From Dehalococcoidia bacterium (GTDB lineage Bacteria; Chloroflexota; Dehalococcoidia; UBA2979): a stretch of DNA of 64,000 nucleotides. Of this stretch, positions 1 to 9,413 are shown one piece after another (positions within the stretch are counted from its first letter, which is position 1; the number at the start of each line of letters is the position of its first letter). The stretch covers positions 13,530-77,529 of the forward strand of contig JBFWSN010000004.1 of the NCBI GenBank assembly GCA_050248355.1, given 5' to 3'. A program made the translations under genes and the position numbers. A model generated the notes under the pieces. It did not search any database. It was not told the origin of the DNA and saw only the letters and a program-made list of their open reading frames with translations.

Positions 1-361
1 CTACGAGGGCGCCGGCATCAGCGCCGCTGACCTGGACTTCGAGAACATGTACGACGGCTTCAGCCTCTTCCACGTCTTCCACCTCGAGGGGCTGGGCTTC
101 GCCGGCATCAAGCGCGGCGAGGCGCTGGACTACTTCGCCTCGCAGGACATCAGCATCAACGGCCCCGCACCCATCTCGCCCAGTGGCGGCAACGTAGGTA
201 GCGGGCGCACCCGTTACTGGATGCACACCGACAGCATCCAGCAGATCCAGGGCCGCGCCGGCGAGCGCCAGATCACCGGCAAGCACGATGTCGGTGTCTC
301 CGGCGGCCCGATGCCCGTAGCACTGGCCGATTTCCTGGTCTGGAGCGCCAACCCCGACTAG
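1..361 (+). CDS. Thiolase-like / SCP-x-type lipid-transfer protein, C-terminal fragment (5' end lies outside the window)
   Basis: Frame-3 ORF ends at 361. Its translation (…GFAGIKRGEALDYFASQDISINGPAPISPSGGNVGSG…GKHDVGVSGGPMP) looks like the C-terminal half of a thiolase-fold nonspecific lipid-transfer protein. Confidence 0.55.
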   Translation, partial: YEGAGISAADLDFENMYDGFSLFHVFHLEGLGFAGIKRGEALDYFASQDISINGPAPISPSGGNVGSGRTRYWMHTDSIQQIQGRAGERQITGKHDVGVSGGPMPVALADFLVWSANPD

Positions 362-451
362 CTTCGCCTGCTGGCGACCGCACGAACGCGGAGGAACGGA
401 CGTTCCTCCGCGTTCGCTTTCGTCGCTTTGGATGCGCCCGCGACGCCTCGG

Positions 452-1144
452 CTACCCGCGGACCAGGTCCGGTCTCAGCCGTCCGTCCTCCATCCAGTAC
501 GTCTCGTCCGCGAACTCCAGCACCCGCGTGTCGTGCGTTACCACTACCAGCGCCTGCGCCGCGCCGTCACGCACGAGCCTCGACAGCAGCTGCATCACCC
601 GCTGCCCCGTCCCGGAGTCGAGGTTGGCCGTCGGCTCGTCCGCCAGTACCAGCGCCGGCTCGTTCGCCAGCGCCCGCGCGATCGCGACGCGCTGGCGTTC
701 GCCCGCGCTCAGCTCGCCGGGCTTGCTGCGCAACCGGTGCTCCAGCCCGAGCTCGGAGAGCAATTCGTGCGCCCGCGCCCGCGCCGCCGCATCGCCGCGT
801 CCCGCGAGGTTCATCGGCATGAGCACGTTCTCGAGGGCCGTCAGCGGGTCGAGCAGGTTGAACGTCTGGAACACGAACCCGATGTGGTGCAGTCGCACGG
901 CCGGCAGCGCCCGCTCGGACATCGAGGTCACATCTTCGCCGACGATCCGCACCGTCCCTGCCGTCGGTCGCAGCAGGCATCCTGCGATCGACAGCAACGT
1001 CGTCTTCCCGCTCCCGGACGGGCCGAGCACGACGACTACCCGCCCCTCCGGGACGGTGAGTGTCACCTCGTCGACCGCGATGACCTCGGACGGGGCGCGC
1101 CCGTACACCTTCCGCACGCCGGTCAGCTCGAGTGGCGCTGTCAC
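452..1144 (-). CDS. ABC transporter ATP-binding protein (MacB/LolD/FtsE-like)
   Basis: Walker A GPSGSGKTT, ABC signature LSAGERQRVAIARAL and Walker B LVLADEPT are present. Its stop overlaps the start of the downstream permease gene. Confidence 0.9.
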   Translation of the reverse strand: MTAPLELTGVRKVYGRAPSEVIAVDEVTLTVPEGRVVVVLGPSGSGKTTLLSIAGCLLRPTAGTVRIVGEDVTSMSERALPAVRLHHIGFVFQTFNLLDPLTALENVLMPMNLAGRGDAAARARAHELLSELGLEHRLRSKPGELSAGERQRVAIARALANEPALVLADEPTANLDSGTGQRVMQLLSRLVRDGAAQALVVVTHDTRVLEFADETYWMEDGRLRPDLVRG

Positions 1145-2250
1145 GTCTTGAACACTTCCTTCGGGTCGACGCCAGCGATGCGGTACACCGGTAGCAGCGC
1201 CGCGAGCAGGCTCATCGCGGCCGCCATCCCGAAGACGGCCGCGATGAACGGCGGCCGGTAGGCGATCCCCAGGTCGGGCACGAAGTACTCCACCAGTGGC
1301 TTCACGAGATACCCTGCCCCCAGCCCCACAGCGAACCCGAACAAGGCCACAAGCAACCCCAGCCGCAGGATCACGAGGTACACGTACCGGTTCGATGCCC
1401 CGATCGCCTTCAGCACCCCGAAATCCCGCAAACGCTCCGAAGCCACCGTGTAGATCGTCAGCCCGACTACCATGATCCCCACGAGCACGCCGATGACCGC
1501 CATCACGTTCACCGGCGTGACGAACAGCGCGCTCAGCAGGTCGCGCTCGTTTCGCGAGAACTCTGCTCGCGTCATGACCGACGCGCCCGGTAACGCCGTC
1601 TGCAGCCGCTCCGCCACATCGGCAGCGTTCGCTCCCGCCCCGATCTGGACGAGCAGATAGCTGTAGGCCGCCTCGAGTCCCACGATGCGCGCCGCGGTGT
1701 CGCGAGTGATGAACACCACCTTTCCCGCGAGCGCGTTCGTCCCCGTCGACAGCCCCTCCACCACGAACTTCTGGCCCGCCAGCGTGATCGCATCCCCCGT
1801 GTCGATGCCCGAGCTTCGTGCCAGCGTGGAGTCGACGATGATCCCCTGCTCACCGATGGAGGACGTGCCGTCCGCCATCGCCCACGGCCCGCCCAGGCCG
1901 GCCTCCGGGTCGAACCCCACCAGGCGCACCGCCGACTCCTCGCCGCCGATCCGAGCGACAATGGGCACGCTCACGATGCCGTGCGCCGCCCGTACACCCG
2001 GCACGCCGCGTGCCGCGGTCTCTGCACTCGCCGGAATCACGGACGAGGACAGCGCGAAGTGCTGCACTCCTCCCTGGGCGACGAACACGTCCGCTCCCAC
2101 GCGGTCCACGTACGCTGTCGACTTCGCCACGGTTCCATCGAGGATCCCGCGCAGGACGAGCATGAGCAGGATGGCGAACGCGACCCCGCCCACGGCGATG
2201 AAAAACCGCAGCCGGTCGTAGAGCAACGTCCGCAACGCGAAGTGCACCAT
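1141..2250 (-). CDS. ABC transporter permease, FtsX/MacB-like
   Basis: 369 aa. An N-terminal transmembrane helix is followed by a large periplasmic domain and C-terminal transmembrane helices typical of the FtsX family. The gene is coupled to the upstream ATPase gene. Confidence 0.85.
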   Translation of the reverse strand: MVHFALRTLLYDRLRFFIAVGGVAFAILLMLVLRGILDGTVAKSTAYVDRVGADVFVAQGGVQHFALSSSVIPASAETAARGVPGVRAAHGIVSVPIVARIGGEESAVRLVGFDPEAGLGGPWAMADGTSSIGEQGIIVDSTLARSSGIDTGDAITLAGQKFVVEGLSTGTNALAGKVVFITRDTAARIVGLEAAYSYLLVQIGAGANAADVAERLQTALPGASVMTRAEFSRNERDLLSALFVTPVNVMAVIGVLVGIMVVGLTIYTVASERLRDFGVLKAIGASNRYVYLVILRLGLLVALFGFAVGLGAGYLVKPLVEYFVPDLGIAYRPPFIAAVFGMAAAMSLLAALLPVYRIAGVDPKEVFKT

Positions 2251-2395
2251 GCCCCGAGCCTACTCCGGAGCGGCGTCGTGCGGCGGGGTCTCACGGTCGT
2301 TCCTCCGGGACGAGGTGCCCCCCGCCGCCGGGACGTTCGGCCCTCCTCTCGTCTCCCCTCGGGGCGCACGCTGGGAGTGAATCGGAGGGATTCTC

Positions 2396-2926
2396 ATGCA
2401 CGTTCTCGTCGCCGTTGACGCAAGCGATCAGGCCGAGCGGGTGGTAGCCGCCGCAGCCGCGTTGCTGCGTTCGATCCAGGACCCGCAGATCAGGCTCCTC
2501 ACCGTCGTCGACGATGCCGATATCCACGAGTCGACGGCATCAACCCTGCCGCAGGGTACGCCGACGCCGCTGGGCTCCTGGAGCGGCAGCAGCTACAACA
2601 TCCCCACCCCAACCTCGCCTCAGCTCATGGAGGACCGCAGCCAGGCACTCGCGCGCGTGCACGGCGAACTCGAGGCGCGCGACGCCTCGCTCGCCAGCCA
2701 CCACTTGCCCGGTCTCGCCATCGAGTCGCGCGTCGTCTCCGGGGCCAAGCCGGCTGCCGCCATCCTCGAGGCCGCGAAGGACTACGGGGCGGAGCTCATC
2801 GTCATGGGCACGCGCGGCCGGCGCGGCATCACTCGTATCCTCATGGGCAGCACTGCCGAGGCCATCGTCCGCGAGTCGCCCGTGCCCGTGGTCGTCATCG
2901 GCGACGCCGTCAGGGCCAACGCGTAG
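2396..2926 (+). CDS. Universal stress protein (UspA family)
   Basis: The N-terminus (MHVLVAVDASDQAE) and C-terminus (ELIVMGTRGRRGITRILMGSTAEAIVRESPVPVVVI) carry the UspA ATP-binding motif. Confidence 0.85.
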   Translation: MHVLVAVDASDQAERVVAAAAALLRSIQDPQIRLLTVVDDADIHESTASTLPQGTPTPLGSWSGSSYNIPTPTSPQLMEDRSQALARVHGELEARDASLASHHLPGLAIESRVVSGAKPAAAILEAAKDYGAELIVMGTRGRRGITRILMGSTAEAIVRESPVPVVVIGDAVRANA

Positions 2927-2983
2927 CGCGCATCCGCCCGCGAGGCACGGGAGGGTCCCATCCCACGTCAGGCTGACCGTCCC

Positions 2984-4375
2984 GTGCTTCGCTTCCTGGG
3001 TGCGGCCGGAAACGTCACCGGCTCACGCTTCCTCCTCGAGTCCGGCGGTCGCCGTGTGCTCGTCGAGTGCGGGCTGAACCAGGAGCGCGAGTTCGCGGGC
3101 CGCAACTGGGACCCGTTCCCCGTCGACCCGCGGTCGATCGACGCGGTCATCCTCACCCACGCCCACCTCGATCATTCCGGCTACCTGCCGAGGCTTGTCC
3201 GTGACGGCTTCTCCGGACCCGCCTGGTGCACTCCCGCCACTGCCGACCTCGCTGCGATTGTCCTCGCCGATGCCGCCCGCATCGCCGTCGAAGACGCCGA
3301 CTTCAAGCGCCGCCGTCATCAGCGCGAGGGCCGCCGCGGACCGCATCCCGAAGTGCCTCTGTACACGCCTGTGGACGCCCGGCGCGCCGTGGCCCTCCTC
3401 CGTACCGCGGGGTATCACGCGCCGTGGGAGGTCGTCCCGGGCATCCGCGCCGAGTTCCGCGACGCCGGTCACATCCTCGGCTCAGCTGTGCTGACGCTGC
3501 ATGTCACCACGCCGGCCGGCGAGCGCGTCATCACGTTCTCCGGCGACCTCGGGCGTGGCGCGAACCCGATGCTTCGCGACCCCGAGCCGCCGCCGAGGTC
3601 CGACTACCTCGTCGTCGAGTCCACGTACGGCGACCGTGAGCACCCGGACGAGGATGTCGCCTCCCAGCTCGCCGATGTTATCAACGCCGCCGCCGAGGCG
3701 CGCGGGAACGTCGTCATCCCCGCCTTCGCCATCGGGCGGACCCAGGACGTGTTGTTTCACCTTCGCCATCTCCTGCGGGATCGCCGCATCCCGCGCCTGC
3801 TCGTCTTCGTCGACAGTCCCATGGCCACGTCTGTCACCCAGCTCCATCGCCGGCACCTGGAGGCGCTGGCACCCGCCTTCGCTCAGGAGTTCCGAGGCCG
3901 CAGCTCCCCGTTCGAATTTCCCGGCCTGACCTACATCCGCTCCGTCGAGGCGTCGAAGGCGATCAACCGCGTGGCGGGCACGGCCGTCATCATCGCGGGC
4001 GCCGGCATGTGTAACGGCGGCCGTGTCAAGCACCACCTCGCTGCGAACATCACAAGGCCCGAGAGCACCATCCTTTTCGTTGGCTACCAGGCCCACGGCA
4101 CGCTTGGCCGTCGCATCGTCGATGGCGACGACCCCGTCCGCATCCTGGGGCAGGAGTGGCCCGTCCGCGCGCGGGTCGCCAGCATCGAAGGCTTCTCCGC
4201 CCACGCCGGCAGGCGCGAGCTGCTGCGCTGGGTGCAGTCGGCCCCTGCGCCGGCGCCGCGCGTGCTGGTGGTCCATGGCGAGGACGCGGCATCCGCGGCG
4301 CTCGCGGCCGCGCTCCGAAGGCGGCGCGTCAAGGCGTCCGTCCCCGCGTACGGTGAGCGCGTCACGCTCGCCTGA
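2984..4375 (+). CDS. MBL-fold metallo-hydrolase, RNA-processing beta-CASP / RNase J-like
   Basis: The metallo-beta-lactamase motif HAHLDHSG is followed by a beta-CASP region and the C-terminal …GFSAHAGRREL motif. Confidence 0.8.
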   Translation: MLRFLGAAGNVTGSRFLLESGGRRVLVECGLNQEREFAGRNWDPFPVDPRSIDAVILTHAHLDHSGYLPRLVRDGFSGPAWCTPATADLAAIVLADAARIAVEDADFKRRRHQREGRRGPHPEVPLYTPVDARRAVALLRTAGYHAPWEVVPGIRAEFRDAGHILGSAVLTLHVTTPAGERVITFSGDLGRGANPMLRDPEPPPRSDYLVVESTYGDREHPDEDVASQLADVINAAAEARGNVVIPAFAIGRTQDVLFHLRHLLRDRRIPRLLVFVDSPMATSVTQLHRRHLEALAPAFAQEFRGRSSPFEFPGLTYIRSVEASKAINRVAGTAVIIAGAGMCNGGRVKHHLAANITRPESTILFVGYQAHGTLGRRIVDGDDPVRILGQEWPVRARVASIEGFSAHAGRRELLRWVQSAPAPAPRVLVVHGEDAASAALAAALRRRRVKASVPAYGERVTLA

Positions 4376-4853
4376 CCCACCCGTCCCCTGAGAGGCGCGG
4401 GCGGCCTCATTCGTCCCGGTGAGCCGTCCATCGTGTCGACGAGGTGTCGGCTGCTGCGCCGCGTTCGCGACTACCACGGCCGATCCTGGCACACGGATCG
4501 GGCCGCAGAGGCGAGCGGACGGATGTTCTCGCGCGTGTGGCCCTGACCGAGGCGGCTCCTCGCCAGTTGCGAGCGAGATGCAACGGACGCGACTCCTCCC
4601 TGACGGACATGCGAGTGCCCCGTTCGTAGTTTGGCACTCGGCGTCCGCCGTCGCGCCTCCGTCGCGCGGCGACGCCACAGCCGCCATCCGGCCTGCAAGG
4701 AGGAGCCGTGCACCGCCGCCCGCCAGTTCGCCATCGATGGGCGGGCCCCACCGAGGCCGCCCCGGTGGTCGCAGAGATGTTGCGGACGAGCAACGCTGCT
4801 TCTGCGACCTCCCCTTTGCGCGACCGGCGAGCGGTGCGCCGCGCGGCGCGTTC

Positions 4854-5913
4854 ATGACCTGGCGCGTCGATCTCGCCCGCATCCTGCTCGTCCGGCTGGA
4901 CAACCTGGGTGACGTGGTATTGCTCGCTCCGGCGGTCGCGGCCGTGCGCTCTCGCTATCCGCGCGCCCGGCTCACCCTGCTGGCCTCGCCCGGTGGGGCG
5001 GGTGCGGCGCCCCTGCTTCCCGGCATCGACGAGGTCATCGCGCACCGGCCGGTCTGGCAGGAGCTCACGCCGGGTCGCGAGTCCGCGCCGCCGGAGCACG
5101 CCTTGATCGAGGATCTCCGTGCCCGTCAGTTCGACGCAGCTGTCGTCTTCACCTCGTTCGCGCAGTCAGCGCTCCCCGCGGCGTTCGTGTGTTTTCTCGC
5201 AGGCATCCCGCTCCGCGCCGGGTACGGCGACCGCTTCGCCGGCCGCGTCCTGACAGACGAGGTCGTACCGCCGTCGGCCCCGTTGCACGAGGCCGCAGCT
5301 GGTTCAAGCCATTGGCATCAGTCCGTCCGAGCGCGCGCTGCGCATCGAAGTGCCCGATGCCGCACAGGCGGCGGCCGATGCCGCCCTGGCCTCGCTTTGC
5401 ATGAGTAGACCGTTCGTGCTGCTCGCGCCCGGCGCTTCAGCGCCTGCACGGCGGTACCCCGCCCGCCACTTCGCCGAGGTCGCCCGCGCCACCGCCGAGG
5501 CCGGCCTCAGCGTCCTCGTGACCGGGAGCCAGGGGGAGCGCGGCCTGCTGGAGTCCGTCGTCGACGGCGCCGGCCATCCCGACGCCTGCGGCATCGTCCC
5601 CGCCGACATCCCCATGCTCGCCGGGCTCGTCCGGCGGGCCGGCGCCATCATCGCGAACAACTCGCTCCCGATGCACCTCGCGGACGCCTTCCGGGTGCCG
5701 GCCGTCATCCTCTACGCCGGCACCGACCTCGAGGCGCACTGGCGTCCCCGCTTCGCCGCCGCCCGCCTCCTCTGCCGTCCTGTCGACTGTGCCCCCTGCC
5801 ACGGCATCGAGTGCGCCCACGCCCTCGAATGCCTGGATGTTCCGCCCGCCGGCGTCGTCGCGGCGCTCCACGAGCTGCTGCGCCAGGCGGCGACGCCAGC
5901 GGTGTCCGCATGA
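4854..5913 (+). pseudogene. GT9-family ADP-heptose:acceptor heptosyltransferase interrupted by a frameshift near 5295-5305
   Basis: The N-terminal part (ILLVRLDNLGDVVLLAPAV…) reads in frame 0 from the ATG at 4854. The C-terminal GT9 part (LVQAIGISPSERALRIEVPD…LLAPGASAPARRYP…NNSLPMHLADA) continues in frame +1 and ends at 5913. Comparison with the intact paralog at 10873 shows the junction lies within PLHEAAAG|LVQAIG. Confidence 0.7.
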
Positions 5914-6917
5914 TCGGAGTCGCGCGTCCCGGCAGCGGATCGATGCCCCGCGTGCTGACGTGGCACGTCCACGGCAGTTATCTGTACTACCTCTCCCGGG
6001 CCCGCTGCCAGTTCATCCTCCCGACCCGCCCCGGCCCCGCCGAGGGGTACGGCGGACGCAGCGGCGACTTCGACTGGCCCGACAACGTCATCGAGGTGCC
6101 CGCCGAAGCGGTCCGGGACATGGACTTCGACGTTGTTCTCACCCAGTCGCGTCGCAATTATCTCGAGGACCGCTTCGACCTGCTCACGGTCGACCAGCTC
6201 CGACGCCCGCTCGTGCACCTCGAGCACGACCCGCCCCGCGAGTCACCCGCCGAGACACGCCACTTCGTCGAGGACGAGCGCGCCCTCCTTGTCCACGTCA
6301 CGCCGTTCAACGCTCTGATGTGGGACAGCGGTGCCGTGCCCGCCCGTGTCATCGAGCACGGCGTGGAGGTCCCCGCCCACCTCGCCTTCCGAGGCGACCG
6401 ACCCCGCGCGATCACGGCCGTGAACAACCTCGCGCGGCGGGGACGCCGCCTCGGCCCGGACGTTTTCGACCGAGTCGCGTCCCGCGTCCCGGTCGATCTC
6501 GTGGGGATGAACGCGAAGGACCGCGACGGCATCGAGGGTCTCCGGCGGCGTGCCCTCTTCGCCCTCGAGGTGCGGTACCGCTGCTTCTTCTACCCGGTGC
6601 GCTACACGAGCCTCGGCCTCGCGGTGCTCGAGGCGATGATGCTCGGCCTGCCCGTCGTCGGCCTCGCGACCACCGAGCTGGCTACCGTCATCCAGAACGG
6701 GCGCTCGGGGTACATCGACACGGACATCGACCGCCTGACCGGGCACGTCCGTCGCCTCGTCCACAACCGCGAGGAGGCCGCGCGCCTCGGGGCGGGCGCC
6801 CGCGCCGCCGCGCTCAACCGCTTCTCCATCGAGCGGTTCGCCGACGAGTGGACGACCGTCCTGGAAGACGTCGCGAGTCGGCCGCAGCCAGGCTTGTCCA
6901 GCCGGCGCGTGGCCTGA
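5910..6917 (+). CDS. Glycosyltransferase family 1 (GT-B fold)
   Basis: The start ATG at 5910 overlaps the GT9 stop (ATGA). The C-terminal region carries the GT1 motif …YTSLGLAVLEAMMLGLPVVG…. Confidence 0.7.
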   Translation: MIGVARPGSGSMPRVLTWHVHGSYLYYLSRARCQFILPTRPGPAEGYGGRSGDFDWPDNVIEVPAEAVRDMDFDVVLTQSRRNYLEDRFDLLTVDQLRRPLVHLEHDPPRESPAETRHFVEDERALLVHVTPFNALMWDSGAVPARVIEHGVEVPAHLAFRGDRPRAITAVNNLARRGRRLGPDVFDRVASRVPVDLVGMNAKDRDGIEGLRRRALFALEVRYRCFFYPVRYTSLGLAVLEAMMLGLPVVGLATTELATVIQNGRSGYIDTDIDRLTGHVRRLVHNREEAARLGAGARAAALNRFSIERFADEWTTVLEDVASRPQPGLSSRRVA

Positions 6918-6942
6918 CGCCGCGACGGTAGGAGGAAGCCAG

Positions 6943-8823
6943 ATGTCCGTACGCACCGCGCCTCTCGCCATCGCCATCATCAGCGAACATGCGTCTCCGC
7001 TCGGCCTCGTCGGTGGCGTCGACGCTGGCGGGCAAAACGTCTACGTCGCGCGCATCGCCCGCGCGCTCGCGGCCCGCGGACACCGCGTCGATGTGTTCAC
7101 CCGCCGCGACGCGCCTGACCTGCCGCGCGTCGTCGAGGCCGACGGCTATCGCGTCTTCCACGTCGAGGCCGGTCCGGCCCGCTTCGTCCGCAAGGAGGAC
7201 TTCCTGGACCTGATGCCGGACTTCACCGAGGATGTGGCGCGGCTCGTGACCGAGCACGGCCCCTACGACCTCGTCCACGCGAACTTCTGGCTCTCTGGCG
7301 TGACGGCTGACGAGCTGAAGCGCCGCTTCGGCATCCCGTTCGCGATCACGTTCCACGCCCTGGGAAAAGTGCGGCGGCAGCACCAGGGCGCCGACGACCA
7401 GTTCCCCGACGCTCGCCTCGCGGTCGAGGCGGAACTCGTCCGCGCGGCCGACCGCATCATCGCCGAATGCCCCCAGGACGAGTTCGACCTCGTCACACTG
7501 TACGGCGCCGACCGCCGCCGGCTGATCTTGGTCCCCTGCGGCTACGACCCCGACGAGTGCGCGCCCGTCGACCGCGCCGAGGCGCGCGCGCGCCTCGGTC
7601 TCGATCCGGACGCGCCCATCGTCCTGCAGCTCGGCCGCCTAGTGCCGAGGAAGGGCGTCGATATCGTCGTCCGTGCGACCGCGATCGTCGCCGGCGAGCT
7701 GCCCGATACCCGCCTCGTGGTCGTTGGAGGCGACTCCGACGTCCCCGATCCGGAGGCGACTCCCGAGCTCGGACGCCTCTTCCAGCTTGCCCGCCAGCTC
7801 CGTATCGAGGACCGCTGCCAGTTCGTCGGGCGCCGCCCGCGGTCCGAGATCCGCCACTGGTACTCGGCCGCCGACGTCTTCGCCACGGCGCCCTGGTACG
7901 AGCCGTTCGGCATCACCCCCGTCGAGGCGATGGCATGCGGCACGCCCGTCGTCGGCACCCGTGTCGGCGGCATCCAGTACACCGTCGATCACGAGGGCAC
8001 CGGCCTGCTCGTCCCGCCGCACGACGAGTTCGCGTTCGCTCAGGCCCTGGGCCGCATCCTCGCCGACCGCGGGCTGCGCGACCGTCTCGCCGCGGGCGGG
8101 CGCGAGCGCGTCGCCCGGTTGTTCACGTGGGACCGCGTGGCCCGCGACCTCGAGTCGACGTTCCTCGCCATGGTGGCGCACCGTCCCGGCGCGCCGCCGG
8201 CGCGGCCCGCTGGTTCCCGCGCAGTCGACGCCGGCTTCGATGCCCTGATCGAGACACTGACCAGGGGCCGCCGCGAGCTCGCTCGTGAGGTCAGGGCCGC
8301 GGCGGATGTCGTCACCGCCGGCCTGGCCGAGGGCAGCAAGCTGCTGCTGTGCGGGAACGGAGGCAGCGCCTCGGACGCCGTCCACCTCGCGGGCGAGCTC
8401 GTCGGGCGCTACCGCTCCCCCGACCGCCCGGCCCTCCCTGCCGTCGTCCTGGGCGGCGACCTCGCCTCGCTTACGGCGTGGGCGAACGACGTCTCGTACG
8501 AGTCGGCCTTCGCCCGCCAGGTCGAGGCGTTCGGCCGTGACGGCGACGTGCTCATCGCCTTCAGCACGAGCGGCCGCTCGCCGAGCGTCGTCCAGGCATG
8601 CGAGGCCGCGCGTGCCGCCGGAATGCCGGTCGTCGCCTTTCTGGGCCGCGACGGAGGCCGCGTCGCCGCGCTCGCCGACGCCGCGGTCGTCGTGCGCTCG
8701 CACGACACGCAACGCATCCAGGAGGTGCACGGCCTCCTCCTTCACCTCCTGTGCGACCTCGTCGAGGAAGGTATGGGGTACGGCGTCGACCACGCCGAGG
8801 CTGCCGGGGCTGGCGCAGCATGA
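6943..8823 (+). CDS. gmhA: Fusion protein: N-terminal GT4 glycosyltransferase (MshA/sucrose-phosphate-synthase-like) plus C-terminal D-sedoheptulose-7-phosphate isomerase (GmhA, SIS domain)
   Basis: Residues 1-~420 form a GT4 domain (GGQNVYV…, EPFGITPVEAMACGTPVV). Residues ~430-626 carry the GmhA hallmarks LLCGNGGSASDA, ELVGRY, FSTSGRS and RIQEVH. It is a single uninterrupted ORF. Confidence 0.85.
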   Translation: MSVRTAPLAIAIISEHASPLGLVGGVDAGGQNVYVARIARALAARGHRVDVFTRRDAPDLPRVVEADGYRVFHVEAGPARFVRKEDFLDLMPDFTEDVARLVTEHGPYDLVHANFWLSGVTADELKRRFGIPFAITFHALGKVRRQHQGADDQFPDARLAVEAELVRAADRIIAECPQDEFDLVTLYGADRRRLILVPCGYDPDECAPVDRAEARARLGLDPDAPIVLQLGRLVPRKGVDIVVRATAIVAGELPDTRLVVVGGDSDVPDPEATPELGRLFQLARQLRIEDRCQFVGRRPRSEIRHWYSAADVFATAPWYEPFGITPVEAMACGTPVVGTRVGGIQYTVDHEGTGLLVPPHDEFAFAQALGRILADRGLRDRLAAGGRERVARLFTWDRVARDLESTFLAMVAHRPGAPPARPAGSRAVDAGFDALIETLTRGRRELAREVRAAADVVTAGLAEGSKLLLCGNGGSASDAVHLAGELVGRYRSPDRPALPAVVLGGDLASLTAWANDVSYESAFARQVEAFGRDGDVLIAFSTSGRSPSVVQACEAARAAGMPVVAFLGRDGGRVAALADAAVVVRSHDTQRIQEVHGLLLHLLCDLVEEGMGYGVDHAEAAGAGAA

Positions 8824-9413
8824 CCACGGCCTTCCTCGACAAGGACGGCACTCTTGTGGAGGACGTCCCGTACAACGTCGACCCCGCCCGCATCGAGCTC
8901 GTGGCAGCCGCTCCACGCGCCCTGCGTCTGCTCGGCGACGCAGGCTGCCGCATCGTCGTCGTCACCAACCAGTCTGGCGTCGCCCGCGGGCTCTTCCCCG
9001 AGTCCGCGCTCGAGGCAGTCCGGGAGCGCCTCTCATTGCTGCTCGCCTTACATGGCGCGCGCCTCGATGGCTTCTACTATTGCCCGCATCTCCCGCACGC
9101 CCCCGTCGCGAGGTACGCGCGTGTCTGCCCGTGCCGCAAGCCCGCCGATGGCATGCTCCGCGCCGCCGCCTCCGACCTCTCCATCGACCTGGCGGACGCA
9201 TGGCTCATCGGTGACATCCTCGACGACATCGAGGCCGGCCGCCGCGCAGGTTGCCGCACCGTGCTCGTCGACGCCGGCCACGAGACCGAATGGCACCTGA
9301 GCCCCCGCCGTGTGCCCGAGTTCACCGTCTCCGACCTCGAGCAGGCCGCCGAGACCGTACTCAGCGGGGCCCGCCGCGCTCCTGCAGCTCCCCCGCGGGG
9401 GCCTGCTCGATGA
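8820..9413 (+). CDS. gmhB: D-glycero-D-manno-heptose 1,7-bisphosphate phosphatase (GmhB, HAD family)
   Basis: The HAD motif FLDKDGTL and VVVTNQSGVARG are present, together with the Zn-binding C…CxC region (YYCPHLP…CPCRKP). The ATG at 8820 overlaps the upstream stop (ATGA). Confidence 0.85.
   Translation: MTTAFLDKDGTLVEDVPYNVDPARIELVAAAPRALRLLGDAGCRIVVVTNQSGVARGLFPESALEAVRERLSLLLALHGARLDGFYYCPHLPHAPVARYARVCPCRKPADGMLRAAASDLSIDLADAWLIGDILDDIEAGRRAGCRTVLVDAGHETEWHLSPRRVPEFTVSDLEQAAETVLSGARRAPAAPPRGPAR

Noticed and set aside
428-1261. 277-aa and 239-aa plus-strand ORFs over the ABC ATPase gene
   Set aside because: They are antisense to a clearly conserved ABC ATPase and have an Arg/Pro/Ser-rich, low-complexity translation. 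They are GC-driven shadow ORFs. The same judgement applies to the many other Arg/Ala/Pro-rich ORFs in the six-frame table.
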